DNA of 64,000 nt. Origin: Protoeuglena noctilucae. Lineage: Eukaryota. Shown piece after piece: positions 24,286 to 36,670 of the stretch. How positions within the stretch are numbered: position 1 is the stretch's first letter; each line of letters opens with the position of its first letter. The stretch is taken from contig OY253671.1 in NCBI GenBank assembly GCA_958009085.1, positions 558,001-622,000 of the forward strand. The letters are read 5' to 3'. A program made the translations under genes and the position numbers. The notes beneath the pieces were generated by a model, which was given only the letters and a program-made list of their open reading frames with translations, did not search any database and had not been told where the DNA came from.

Positions 24286-27200
24286 ATGCGGTGGGGACAG
24301 ATGCGGGGGAACGTGGGCCGCGCTGTCGCTGCTCTGGAGGATGAGAGCCTCGAGCAGGTCGTGGATTTCTTTTCCGGGGGCGGAGCCGGTCGGAACCGGG
24401 CCTGCCAGCTCGCCGACGTGCTGCAGGTGGGCGGACGTCGCCCTGCGCTCCGTGACCCGCGGCTCGTCCGAGAGTCGAGCTCCTGCCGCTCCCATGCAAC
24501 GTGCTCATGACTCGCGTACTTTATCACCCCAGGGGTGCCCCGCAAGCGAAAGAAAACGCCTGGATAAAGCGCTGCATGGATGCGTGCGCCGTGCGATCGC
24601 GGCGCTTCAGGGCGAGGCCGACGGGCCCGCCTCGCCTCAGTCGCCGGCGGATGCGAACAGGTGAGAGCAACAGTGGCTATAAGATTTGCCGTCCGACGCC
24701 TCCGGCCCTCAGCAGCGGGGTGGCTAACCAAATTGTCGAACCGTGGCAACGCAGGCGGCGACAGGACGCCGGCCGACTGCTGGAGATCGTCGCTGACGGC
24801 ATCGAAAATTTTGGTGAGGCTGGGTGCGCGGGTGCAGCTCCTGCAGGCGCAGCTGCCACGCCTGGGCATTCAACCAGAGTCGCCCTGCCTGCAGTCACGA
24901 GGGCCGGCAGCGAGGAGTTCAGCCAGCATCTGCTGGACGCGGCGGTCGCGATGCACAACGACGCGTTCGTCATGATCGAGGGCATGCCCGCCCTGAGGGA
25001 CGCGGTGTCCCAGATGTGCGAGGCGTGCTGGAAGGTGGGACGCGCAGGGTGGCCTTGCATGTGCACTTGGCCCAGTTCGGGCTATCATCGCCAACTCTGC
25101 GGACTCCATGCGCCCGCAGAAGAAGATCGCCGGCAGGGAGAACCTCGTGGCCGCCACGGTCGTGTACCTTCTCTACAGGTGAGTGCCGGCACTGTGCCCC
25201 AAGCTTAGGCCTGTCGAGATGCTAGGGAATCTTGGCAAGAGTACTCGAGAATAGGCACCCGCGGGCACGAGACGTGACTGGGTTGCTCCCTGCTGGCTGC
25301 CTGCAGTGCGGTGTCTTCGCCCAAGCCTGCCGCATTCGCCAAGCGTCTTTTCCACATCAAGGAGGGCCTGCAGGAGCTGGACTACGAGGACGAGAACACC
25401 GAGTTCTCGGTGAAGTGCATGCTGCGCGCGGCAATGTACCCACCTTTCCTCCGGGTGGCCGAGGGCAAGAAGCTGGTCGGTGAGCCGGGCAGCCCTGCCT
25501 GTCTCCGCGCTCTCTCGCACTGGCATAACGTCAGCACTCTGGCTGACATCTCCGAGAACTGGGTTCCGCCAGCTGTAACAGAGGTCATGGTCGTGCCCCA
25601 CACCCCACACACCCTTGCTCGCAGCATTCTTCTTCCAACTGTCTGACTATCTTGTGAAGGAGCTGACGGCGGTCATCCGCAACCAGATCACCAGGTGAAT
25701 TACCTTGTTGTTCGTACCTCAGCGCAGCGGGGTCCCCGACACAGATGTGACGTCAGGCCCTTGCGCGTTGCCACCTCCTCCGCAGTGGCCGACCCAGCCT
25801 GCTCCAGTGCTACGGGGAGGTGCTGTTCCGTGCCTGGAAGGACGCACCCGGGCCCCAGCGCCTCCACATCGAGGGGACCATTGAGTCCCTCGTTCAGTGC
25901 GCCGTGCTGGCACGGTCCCCCCCCCTCCTCACCTCCATCCTGCACGTCCTCGATTACCTCCACCAGCAGCGCCTGGCCAACAACCCCACGGCCCGCGCGC
26001 TCGAGACCCTCCTCTGCCGATGCTACGAGCCCATCGCCTTCCCGGCCCTGGCGGCTGCGAACCCGCTGGTCCGGGCCAACGCCGTCCGCGTCGTCGCCGC
26101 CGCGTTCCCCATCCAGGACTCAGCCCGCTCCGTCTCCGACAACGACGCGCTCGTCGCCAGGGCCGTCGGGGGCGTTTCCGACGCCCTCACCGACCCCAGC
26201 CCAGCCGTCCGCGTCGCCGCCGCCGAGGGCGCCGCGGCGCTCCTCGGCTCCTTCTGGGAGCTCGTGCCCCGGCAGCACCAGCGGTGCCTCCTCGACACCC
26301 TCAGCGGCAAGCTGGCCTTTGACGGCGCATCGCCCCTGGTGCGTGCTGCTGCCGTCGACTCCCTGGCCCTCGTCATGGACAACCCCCTCTCGGGGGAAGC
26401 ACTCCGCCCCGTGCTGCCCAGGCTCGCACCCCTTGTAAGGTGAGGGCACGGCGCCGATTCCCGCACCAAGCTGCCCATGTGTGCCTGTGCCTGCCGGCCG
26501 GGCTCGAGGGTGCTGGGCAGTTGTCCACGCTGGGCGCACCACCCTCGGCTATCTGCTGCGCAGGGACCCGTCCCCCAAGGTGCGCGCCGCCGTGTTCCAG
26601 CTCCTGACGTCGCTCTCCATCTCCCGCCACGTGGGCCTGGGGGTCTTTGCCGTGGTCCCTGGTGAGTCGACAAAATGAAGCGGGCGTGTATCTCGCATGC
26701 GTTCTCAGCACGCATCTGCTGTTCAGGCCCGCGCCGAGTGCCGTCCAGAACGGCAGCAGTGACACGGCATGGCGGTGACAGACTCCCCCGTCACACCTGG
26801 CCCAACACCCTTGCCTGCAGTCGAGGACCTGCTTTCCTGCCTAGAAGCGGACCCTTGTGCCACCAAGGTATTGGAGCTGGTCGCTCCTACCTTCTTCCCT
26901 GGGAGCGACGAGGGAGACTTCGACCTCCTCGTGGCCCTGCTGCGGGAGAGCGAGGATGCAGGCGTCGCCCTCTGCCGGGCCGTGGCGCACAGTCTCGCCA
27001 GCGGCAAGGGCCGAGGGAAGCGACGAGGTCCAGCGGTGACCCCTGAAGTGGCCGACGCGGCGGCAGCGACGCTGTTGAGCACCCTGCTCGCGCACCGGCC
27101 CGCCGGGCAGGCGGCCCCAGCGGCAGAGGTGCGTAGAGCGCAAGGCTCGCCGCGCGTGTGCTTTTCTCCACTTAGGGTACCACGCCTTCGAACCTTTCCG

Positions 27201-29157
27201 GGGGAAGCAAAGGCGCCAGTGATGGTCGATGCTCCTGATCGCAGGTCGAGCGGCCCCCGCGGAAGCGGCGGGGGCAGGCGTCTGCGGCGGGCGAGGCCGA
27301 GCTGCCAGAGATGCCGGAGGCGGAGTGGAGCGCCGTGCTGACGGGTCTGGTGGAGCTGGCGTCCCGGGCGGGGGCGGACCCGACCGTGGCCCCTTCGCGG
27401 CTGCTGGGCAAAGGCAACGCGTCCGAGCTGCTCTCTCGGTGCCCCGGGGGGCGGTGCCGCGGCCTGGCCCTCCGACTCCTGTCGGCGGCGCACGGGAGCG
27501 AGGCTGCGGCGGACCTGACGCGGCGCATCGCCAAGGCGGCCCTGTGCGGCGATGGGGCGCTGCACTCGCGCGCCGCCAGGGACGCGGCGCTTGCAGGGGA
27601 ACTCATGGGTAGCCTGGCGTGCCTGGCCGGCAGCGAGAGGGAGTGGGCGAGCGTGTGGGGCGGCACGACCGCGGCCCTTCGCGGCGAGGGCGGGGACGTG
27701 GCGGGGGCGCTGCACATCGTGGGCGCGGCGATGGCGGACGACCGCCTCCGCGAGGCCACGCTGCAGTCGGGAGCGGTCACCGCGGTGCACGAGGCCTTGC
27801 TCTTCGCAGCGCGGGGCGGGGCGGATGGCGCGCAGGACGGCGCCTCGGACCCGGAGGGCCACGCGCTGGCGCTGAGGGCCCTGGCTGCCGTGCTGGCGTG
27901 CAAAGTGGCCATGCATTGCCACCTGGGGAGCGAGGAGGCGAGCGCCTGCCCTTGTGCCTGTTCGATGTTGACTCGTGGGTGGCAGTGTTGTAGGCGCCAA
28001 ACCAGTGACCCGCAACTCGTATGCAGAGGCTGGACCTGGAGGCGTCTCTGGAGGTGGCTGCCAGGCTGGCCAGCGACGTGGCGGACAGCGCGATATCCAT
28101 GGCGTCCGCTGGGGCCAGCAGCCCTCCCGCCAAGCGTCACAAGCGGGCGAAGGAAAGCGGAACGGGGGCACAGCATCCGGAAACGGCCTGGGCGCTCGTT
28201 CTCGGAACCACTGCAGTCCTGGCGGAGTCCTGGGGCGCGGCTGCCGAGTTTGGGCTCGACCAGGACCGGCGCACGGCGACCATGTCCGCATGCTCGGCCC
28301 TGCTGACTCAGGCAAGGCCTAACCGTGCCCATGACACATGTGCTCTTCGACAAGTGTGGCGGCGCGCACAGGTCCTGGCCCATGGCGGGGACTGACGCAC
28401 CCTCACCTTCTGCCTGGCGTGCAGGTCCTGGAGATGGGAGGAAGCTGCCCCGAGTCGCTTGGTGGACCCGCGATGGCATGGGCCATCTGCACGCGCCTGC
28501 TTCGGGCCGTGTGCGTCAGCCCGGCCGCCGCCGAAGGTGGGAACGAGCGAGAGGATCTCAACCTTGGCTGACTGCTCGGCGCATGAACGTCGCTGCCCAA
28601 CCCGCGACCGCCGCTTCTTCTCGGCGCAGAGATGGCGGGTCCCCTGATTGCGCTGTTCCAGGGGACTCAGCATGAGACGCTTGCGGAGGCCAAGGGCCCC
28701 GTCACTTCGCTGCTCGCGGCGCTGCTGAAGGACGCCGTGGACCCCTCGAGGCCCCCAAAGTGGCTCGCGGCCCTCGGTGCGTAACAGCGCGGCCCGCATC
28801 GCGTCCAGCGCCGGGCACGGTGCGGCGCGGACGTCTGGGATAAAAGTGGCGTCCTTACTCGCAGCGGGGACTGCGGGCAGTGACGACGGCAAGACTGGAG
28901 GGCTGTGGGCCCTGGCACTGCAGGCGGCGAAGTGGCGTGGCCGCCTGACGCCCAGCCTGGCCGCGGCACTCGAGGCGATGGCGGAGGGTGCGGTGCGCAG
29001 CCAAGACGTAAAGCTGCTGTCGACGGCGGTCGCTGCGCTGGCCCAGGTCGCGGAGGGAGGGGCGTCCACCGTCGTACAACGCATCTCAGACGGCCTGGCC
29101 GGGGATGACGCGTTTGCTGTGGAGGCGCGGGCTGCGCTGGCCCAGGCATGCGCGTGA
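24286..29157 (+). CDS. NCAPG2: Condensin II HEAT subunit CAP-G2
   Basis: About 15 exons. Motifs FLRVAEGKKLVAFFFQL, IRNQI..GRPSLLQCYGEVLFRAWK, YEPIAFPALAAANPLVRANA..AFPIQD, DPSPAVRVAAAEG...SFWELVP. GC donors at 27938 and 28312. Start is 24286 or 24301. Confidence 0.85.
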
Positions 29158-30031
29158 GGACCTGCACCCAGGCCGCTCCTGTCGCCCTGCACGTATGGTC
29201 GCCACGTGATGAGGTTTTGAGGCGTTGAAGCTTCCCAAATGCCCAGGCCGCCCTGCAACGGTCTTCCTCTGACAGAATACCCTCCCCAGAACTGGGAGAT
29301 CTCTCTGAGGGCCGCTGGGGACGCCGTCGCGTTAGCAAGCACTGCTCTCCCGCGTCATTAGGTCGTGCGAAGCTCGCAGCCGCGCCCCTGTGGCAGATTC
29401 CAGGCTCTCGTCTCCAGCGCGGCCTTGTCCCTCGCCTTGTCTTTTGCCAATCCTCAGCTTGCAGTCAGGGGCATTCGGGCCGGGAGCCTGGCGCGCGCGT
29501 CGATTGGGCGGAGCTCCCTGGGCGTGAACCCCGCATCGGTGGCGGGACCCCCGCCACTTTCCGTCCAGGTCAGTAGGCCGGCGCCGTCGTCGCGCTCTGT
29601 CATCCTCTCGATGATTGCGTCCTGTAGGCGATGCAAGGGCGCTTGCGGAGGTCCCCAGCGCCGCGGAGCCATTGCTCTGCCCACCCCCGAAGGCGACCCT
29701 CTCGCGACGCCCCCCTCGCGGTCTTTGCTCGGTCTCGCAATCGGCGTTGCTTTGTCTCGGACCTTTCATTCCTCCCGGCTGGCACTGCGGCCGAGGCGAG
29801 GCGCGCACCGCGCGCAGGGCGGCAGGGTGGGGTGACCGGCCCACAGTTGCACGGCACGCTCCTCTCCTCGGCCGCAAAGCCAGCCCCAAAGCCTGCTGAC
29901 GAGGAGTCGTTGTCGGGCCCATCATGTTGCTTGGGTGATTTGCTCAGCCGTTCGACCAACGGGCACTCATTGGCCCCAGACCACCCTGCGAGGGGCGCAA
30001 ATGCGTTTGCCTGGTGTTTGCAGGGGTCAAG

Positions 30032-31253
30032 ATGATGATGCTTCCGAGCCAGATGGAGAGCCAGCCGGTGGGGATGACGGGCATCAGCCGGTACGAGAAG
30101 AGCGAAAAGATCGGCGAGGGCACGTACGGCGTGGTCTATAAGGCCTTCGACAAGTACACGGGCCGCATCAGTGAGCGCGCGCCGTGCCGGAGCTCCTTGC
30201 GTGCTATCACTTTGTGCGAAAAGCCACGGAGATGCGAAGGCTCCAGGGGCGCAGCACCGATCACGTCCGGTGCGCCATGCCGACTCGGCGGCCCTCATCC
30301 TCGCCCGCATACGCTCTCAAGAAGATCCGCCTCGACAACGAGGAGGAGGGCGTGCCGTCGACTGCCATCCGCGAGATTTCGCTGCTCAAGGAGCTGAGCC
30401 ACCGGAGCATCGTGTCGCTGCTCGACGTGGTGCACTCGCGCCAGAAACTCTACCTGGTCTTCGAGTACCTGGACATGGACCTGAAGCGGCTCATGGACGC
30501 CAACCCCAACTTCAAGCAGCACCACGCCCTCATCAAGTTCTACCTGTACCAGATGCTCGACGGGATCCGCTTCTGCCACGAGCACCGCATCCTGCACCGG
30601 GACCTCAAGCCGCAGAACCTGCTCATCGACAAGAGCAACAACTTCCTCAAGCTCGCCGACTTCGGCCTCGCGCGCGCGTTCGGCATCCCCGTCCGGCCCT
30701 ACACGCACGAGGTGGTCACGCTTTGGTACCGGGCGCCAGAGATCCTCATGGGGTCCAAGACCTACTCGGTGCCCGTCGACATGTGGTCCATTGGGTGCAT
30801 CTTCGCGGAAATGATGAACCACCAACCGCTCTTCGCGGGAGACTCGGAGGTGAGCCCGCAGCCCAGCGCGCGCCGGCAGCCGGCTGCACCAGCCCGGGGC
30901 CCGCCGGACGCCCCTACGCCCTGCCCGTGCCTCAGATCGATCAGCTGCATAAGATCTTCTACCACCTGGGCACGCCGGACGAGCACTCGTGGCCGGGCAT
31001 ATCGGCTCTGCCCGACTACCGGGACACCTTCCCCAAGTGGCGCCGCAAGAACGTCGCGGACCTCTGCCCGACGCTGTCCCCGGACGGCCTCGACCTCCTC
31101 GAGCGCATGCTCGTCTACGAGCCCGGGCACCGCATCTCGGCCGTGGAGGCCCTCATGCACCCGTTCTTCGACGACATCAAGCAGGCGGGCATCGTCGACC
31201 ACGGCATGTCGATGCCGTCGGGGCTCTTCGAGAACGCCGCCAAGCTCGAGTGA
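30032..31253 (+). CDS. CDKA1: Cyclin-dependent kinase A (PSTAIRE; CDK1 orthologue)
   Basis: Motifs [70 protein letters not shown]. Exons 30032-30170, about 30311-30849, 30936-31253. The intron 1 acceptor is non-canonical. Confidence 0.93.
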
Positions 31254-31872
31254 GCCGGCGGGGCTCCTGCGAGACGTAGCGGGGTCAAGTGACAACAGCG
31301 GACAGGCAGACGGGGCAGCCCCCCAGCAACCCCACGATCCTCGCCTCGCGGCGTCGCCGCGCGTGAGGTGCCCGGTTTCCGTTCCTGCGCTCCCTGCCGC
31401 CATTGCCCGCGCTTTGCTGGCCCTTGCTTGGACACAGCACACTGAGGCCCCGCACAATAGCTTTGGCCCGTTCTAGCCACTCCGGATGGCCCTGCGTGCA
31501 TTCTTCTTTTTGCCTTACGCTGCTGTCCACCTGCGCGGCCCTTGGGCCGCCCTGTCCTGCTTCTGGGATGTGCCCCGCCCCATCACCAGCACTGCGTTGC
31601 TGCGAAGGAGCGAGACCATGCCTGCCACGGGTGTCGAGCTTTAGCCTCCACCGACGCTTCTGTTTTTGAAAATATCGGCGAAAAACATCAAAGGGCCTCG
31701 ACAAAGATGCAGACGCACAGTGCAGTTGGGAGATGGGATGCTGACGGGTGAAGGGCAGATAGGACCGATCCAGTGCACGCATGGTCCTCGCCGCAGCAAT
31801 ACGGGTGACGCGGCCGGCCAGTCGTGCCCCGGTGCTCGGTGCGTGATCGTCAAGTCGTGCGCATCCTCGGCC

Positions 31873-33891
31873 CTACACGCGCAGGCGCTTGGTCGCAGGC
31901 ACGTCCTGGTCCGGCACTTCGTTGTCCGGGACCGCGGCCTCGATGTCGGGAACGGCCATTGAGCCCCCGTCCGACTTGACCACGGCGGGGCCGCGGAGCG
32001 AAGCGAGATCCATCGTCTCGGGTGACAACAGCGCGAGCTCCGTGGGAACGAGCTGCGGGGCAGGAAGCGCGCTGGAGCGGGTAAATACATGCACGGGCAC
32101 GGCGGACGGCGCGAATGAGTGTCGTCTGTATGTATCTCGCGCCTCCGCACGCACGCCGCACAGTCACCTTGTCCTGAGTGCTGTCGAGGCCCAGCTGCCC
32201 GTTCACGCCGCGCCCCCAGGCAAAGACACGGCCGTCGCTCGTCAGGCACAGCGTATGTCGCCAGCCGCACCGCACCGTCGCCACCCGCGCTCCGCTCAGC
32301 CCCTCCCCCGATACGAGCGTGGGGGCGCTGCGGTCCACCAGGTCTCCCAGCCCCAGCTGCCCAAACTTGCCCCATCCCCAGGAGTAGAGCTGCGGGTGCG
32401 CAGGGCGACACGAGATGGACGACGTTTGGAAGCTGAAGAGAGCTTGTACAAACCCCTTGCACTCCCACCCCGCCTGCGCCTCACCTGCCCCGCCTTGGTC
32501 AGGGCCACGGTGTGGCGCCAGCCCCCCGACACTTCCTGCACCTGCCCCGCTAGATCCTCGATCTTCTTGGGCCGCAGCTGGTCGACAAAGTCCCCGTGCC
32601 CCAGCTGACCGTACTTGGACCAACCAAACGTCCACAGGTCCCCGTCGGCCGTGAGGGCGACCGAGTGACGCCAGCCGCACGCAACGGCAGCAACTGCAGA
32701 GACGGGACGACACGGAGGGGCGTGGGTGGGTGCGGTAGGAAGCGGGCTGGGCGGCACTCGAAGGGCACAGACGCTGCTCCGGGCTCGCCTGGGACCCCCT
32801 CCATGCCTTGGACCTTCTCCGGCAAGCTCCGGTCGTTGCAGTCGCCCACCCCCAGATTCCCGTACCGCCCCCATCCCCACGCGAAGACCTCGTGCGACCG
32901 CGTGCTCGCCACCGAGTGCTCGGCCCCGCAGGCGATGCTCGTCACCTCGCGGCCCGACAGCGCAGTGACGGGCTGCGGGACGAGCGAGTCCTGCGGCGGG
33001 CGGGCAGCGGAGGCTGGGCGGGCAGGGCAATCGTGGCATCGCGGCGGGCGAACCCCATCCCACTTGGGTCCCTCGCCTCATTGTGCCCCAGGCCCAGTTG
33101 GCCGTTCTGGTTCCGTCCGAAGGCGTACAGCTCGCCCGTCGTGGATGCCACCAGCGTGTGGTTGTCCCCGCACGCGATCTTGGCCACAGGGACCGCCGCA
33201 AGCGCGGTGATGGCGCGGGGGATGGTCTGGTCCGAGGAGGTCCCGTGCCCCAGGCGGCCAAAGTCTCCCCTGCAAGACGCAGGAAATATGGCAGGCTCCC
33301 GCACGGCGGCGCTGCAGCTCGGCGCCGGGGCAGGCGGCGCGGAGCCCCCCGCAGGTCACCATCCCCAGGAGTAGACCGTGTTCGACCGGGTGGAGTGCGC
33401 GAGGACGAAGTCGGCGCCGCAGATGACGCTATCGATGTGCTTGTCGTCCAGCCAGCTGATGATGGAGGGCGTCAGGCGGTCCTGGGCCCAGAATCGGGAG
33501 ATGCAACTGTTATCCCATGGCGATGGCGGGGGCGATGGCGCTTTTCCGGGGACATCGCCGGCGGCAGCGAAGATCGCAGGATGCCATGGCGCGCGGGCAG
33601 GCGTTGCCGCGCCGCCGGAGGGCCTGTGCGAGGCAAGGCGTGGCGATGCTCGCGCCCGGCGCGGTCACCTGGGCGTCCCCGTGGCCGAGCTGGCCATCCT
33701 CCCCCTTCCCCCATGACAGCACCATACTGTTGCCTGCGGGAACGGCAAATCGGTGCGGGATCCGGCCCAGGCGGGCATCCCAACATCTGCGACGCAGGAA
33801 GTCGGCCTCTGCGCGGGGGAGCCTCACTCAGGAGCGCCACGGAGTGCGAGCACCCGGCTCCGATCGCCATCACCCGTATGGGCTCATTCAT
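31873..33891 (-). CDS. UVR8: UV-B photoreceptor UVR8 (RCC1-like propeller)
   Basis: 8 exons: 33891-33828, 33733-33669, 33481-33360, 33269-33077, 32990-32789, 32693-32485, 32389-32168, 32052-31873. SWGWGDFGRLG, WGWGRYGNLG, the Trp triad GWRHS/GWRHT/GWRHT, and C-terminal VP motifs. GC donors at 33076 and 32788. Confidence 0.93.
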
Positions 33892-34202
33892 CCTCCCCCC
33901 TCGCACCGTCCCCGAGCCAAAAATCAAGGTCCCACTCGGGAAACAGCGCCGATGCCGACACGCTGCACAGAATCGCGCGATCCGAGCGTCGGAGCGACAT
34001 CTGGAGGCGGATGCGAGCGAAAACGGCCAGTTGCGCAGATTTTTGAAACCTGGGTAGGGCACTGGAAATGACGGCTCAAGGAGCATCCCAAGGGGTCAGC
34101 GGCCCCATTTATGAGTGCCATCGACGCGCTGGTTCGTGCAGGAACGGACTGGGTGCATCAAGGGAGAAGAGAAGCGGCGAAGGCTTGACTTGGCCCCGAG
34201 AG

Positions 34203-35278
34203 ATGCCATTGCTGGCGGTGAAGGGCAAGGACGAGCTGGCTGCGGCTCTGGGGGGCAGCGGCCTGGTGAGGCCAGCGGGGGACTTACGCAAGGGGTGGAT
34301 GCACAGGGCTGCCGGTTCCGACGATATCTTCCCCGCTCGCAGACTCTGTGCCTGTGGGGTGCAACATGGAGTGAGCCGAGCAAGGATATGGAGGACGTGG
34401 TGGAGGCGCTGTGCGAAGAGCACCCCAGCAGTGCGTGGACGGGCCATTGCGGGGACGTTAGACGAGAATGCATTGCTCCAATCACGTATCCAGGCACCTT
34501 GGTCGTGCATGCAGTCAGAGGCGTGAAGGCAGACGCGGAGGCGCTCGCTGCGGACGCGCAGGCTTCGGGAGTCCAGGCGGTCCCGACGGTCATCATTTTC
34601 AGGGCGAGATCCGCCGCTCTCGTCGTTGCGCCCCGCTGTTTCGCTGCCTCGCATCGTCACTCATGCGCAGCAGTGCACCGACGATCGCAGGACGGCAGGG
34701 AAGTCGCGCGGGTGGTCGGGGCCTCGGCACCGGAGCTGGCAGCCAAAGTTTCCGAGCTCAGCAGCGGGCCACAGGCGGCGGAGAGCATCAACGATCGCAT
34801 AAAGAAACTGCTGTCCTCGCAAAAGGTGACGCGGCATCCCAGGGGGATGCGCACGATGGAGGGGGACAGAGTCACACTCCAGCGCACGCCGCACCCAGCA
34901 CAATCCGTTCCCCGCCGCAGATCATGCTGTTCATGAAGGGGTCCCCGGACGCGCCCCGCTGTGGATTCAGCCGCCGGGTGGCGGACCTGCTGAGGCAAAC
35001 AGGCAAACCCTTTGGGCACTTCGACATCCTGAGGGACCAGGACGTCCGGCAGGGGCTCAAGGTGCGTCCTCCGCACCGACTCCGTGTCCGTGACATGCCA
35101 CCGCATGCACATGCAATGTGGTTACCAGAGCGTTGCTCTCCTCGCTCCGCAGGAATACAGCAACTGGCCCACGTACCCTCAGCTGTACGTGGACGGGGAG
35201 CTCGTGGGCGGCTGCGACATCATCGAGCAGCTGGCGGAGGCGGGGGAGCTGGGGGCCACGCTCGAGGGTGCCTCATGA
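34203..35278 (+). CDS. Monothiol CGFS glutaredoxin with N-terminal Trx-like domain (Grx3/4, GRXS17/PICOT-like)
   Basis: 6 exons. Trx-like [17 protein letters not shown], then [48 protein letters not shown] donor at 34604. Confidence 0.92.
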
Positions 35279-35299
35279 GAGGTTTGCTTTTTTAAAGTG

Positions 35300-36068
35300 T
35301 TATTTCTGGAATGCTAAGAAGAAGTTGTCGGCCGGCATGCTGCACCTGTCCACGAGACGCAAGCCGTGCGCCTCGCCCTGCCGCTGCATCTCGGAGAGGT
35401 CGCGGTACCCCCACGACGGATCACGCGCCATGAGGTTCCGGTGGAACTCGGCGTTGCTCTCGGTGGTGGGCTTGCCGTCGACCATGAACGGGCCGTAGAT
35501 GAACAGCCAGCCCTGCGGGCGCGTGGAGGGTGCGCACGTCACTCTCTAAGCGAAGACTTGCAGGTGCTGCAAGCACACCCTGTCACCCACCCGCTGCGCT
35601 CACCCCGGGTCTCAGCATCGCACCGGCGCCAGCGAAGAGCCCCAGTGTGGCCTGCCAGGGGGAGATGTGGCACATGTTGATGCACAGCACCGCTGCGGCC
35701 GTCCCCGGTGCGATGCCGATCTGCCAATTCCGCGACGAGCAGTCGAGGATGACCGGAGGTCGCATGTTGGAGACGTCCGCCGCCCACGCCCGCACGCTGG
35801 GAAAGCGCTCGTCCACCACATCAGTCGGCAGCCAGTCCAGCTTGGGGAAAGCACTGGCGAAGAAGGCCGCGTGCGCGCCGTTCCCGCAAGCGATTTCCAC
35901 GACCGGCCCCGTGGCGTCGGGGGCCAGGAAGCGCTGGAGGGCCTCCAAGATGGGGCCGCGGTTGCGCTCCTGGTACCCAAGAAGCTCCTTCCCCTGAGTC
36001 GCCATGGCGCGTGTCCGTCCCCTCCGTGCGACGTGCAGGGAAGCTCTGGCGCAAGGCAGCGCTCGCAT
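35300..36068 (-). CDS. METTL26: DUF938/METTL26-like SAM-dependent methyltransferase
   Basis: Exons 36068 (or 36005)-35604 and 35512-35300. Motifs ERNRGPIL, VEIACGNGAH, WLPTD, INMCHISPW, YGPFMVDG..ESNAEF, WGYRD, MPADN. Confidence 0.9.
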
Positions 36069-36670
36069 GCGCTCAGAAGCGGACCTTGAGCTGCGCCGTC
36101 TTGCTCTCCGCTGGCTGCACGGCCCAGGCACACGGCTGGAGCTCCGATGCTGTGGAGCCCTGCGAACGCGACGGCGAGCGTCGATGGTGGGCGGCAATCG
36201 AACCGGAATAGCGAGCAGAAGCGCTGGGGATCGGCGACGTGCCTGTGGCACCGGGCACAAGCCAAGGAGGACCGGAGCGCCGACTGCCACGCGATCTCCG
36301 AACTCAAATGTGGCCAGAGATGATTCTGTTTCGGGTCCGGGGCTCGAGGGCCTGCGTGGCATCACGAGGTTGTCACAGTGATCCCCGCTGGCGGGAATTG
36401 GCCTTGTCGGGGTTGGCAGGTCCCATCGCGGGCTGCAAACTCGCTTGTTCGACTGTGTCAGCACGGGCTTGGCAGGGGCAGGCTCTTTGGTTTGCTGCGA
36501 CCGCCACCACATTCTGCGAAGGTGCGGTACGCAACGATTCTACGACCTAGGGTGCGCGCGGAGTCCGATGCATGGCACGCATCAATGACAGGGCGGCGGG
36601 GTTGACGAGGAGCCTTCCTTCAGAACGAGTGGCCGCAAGTAGAAGCCGCTAGTCACACTGAGGGGCAAGT

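Noticed and set aside
31661..31687. TGTTTTT...AAAAACA inverted repeat between CDKA and UVR8
   Set aside because: The stem is only 7 bp in an AT-rich 3' region, compatible with chance.
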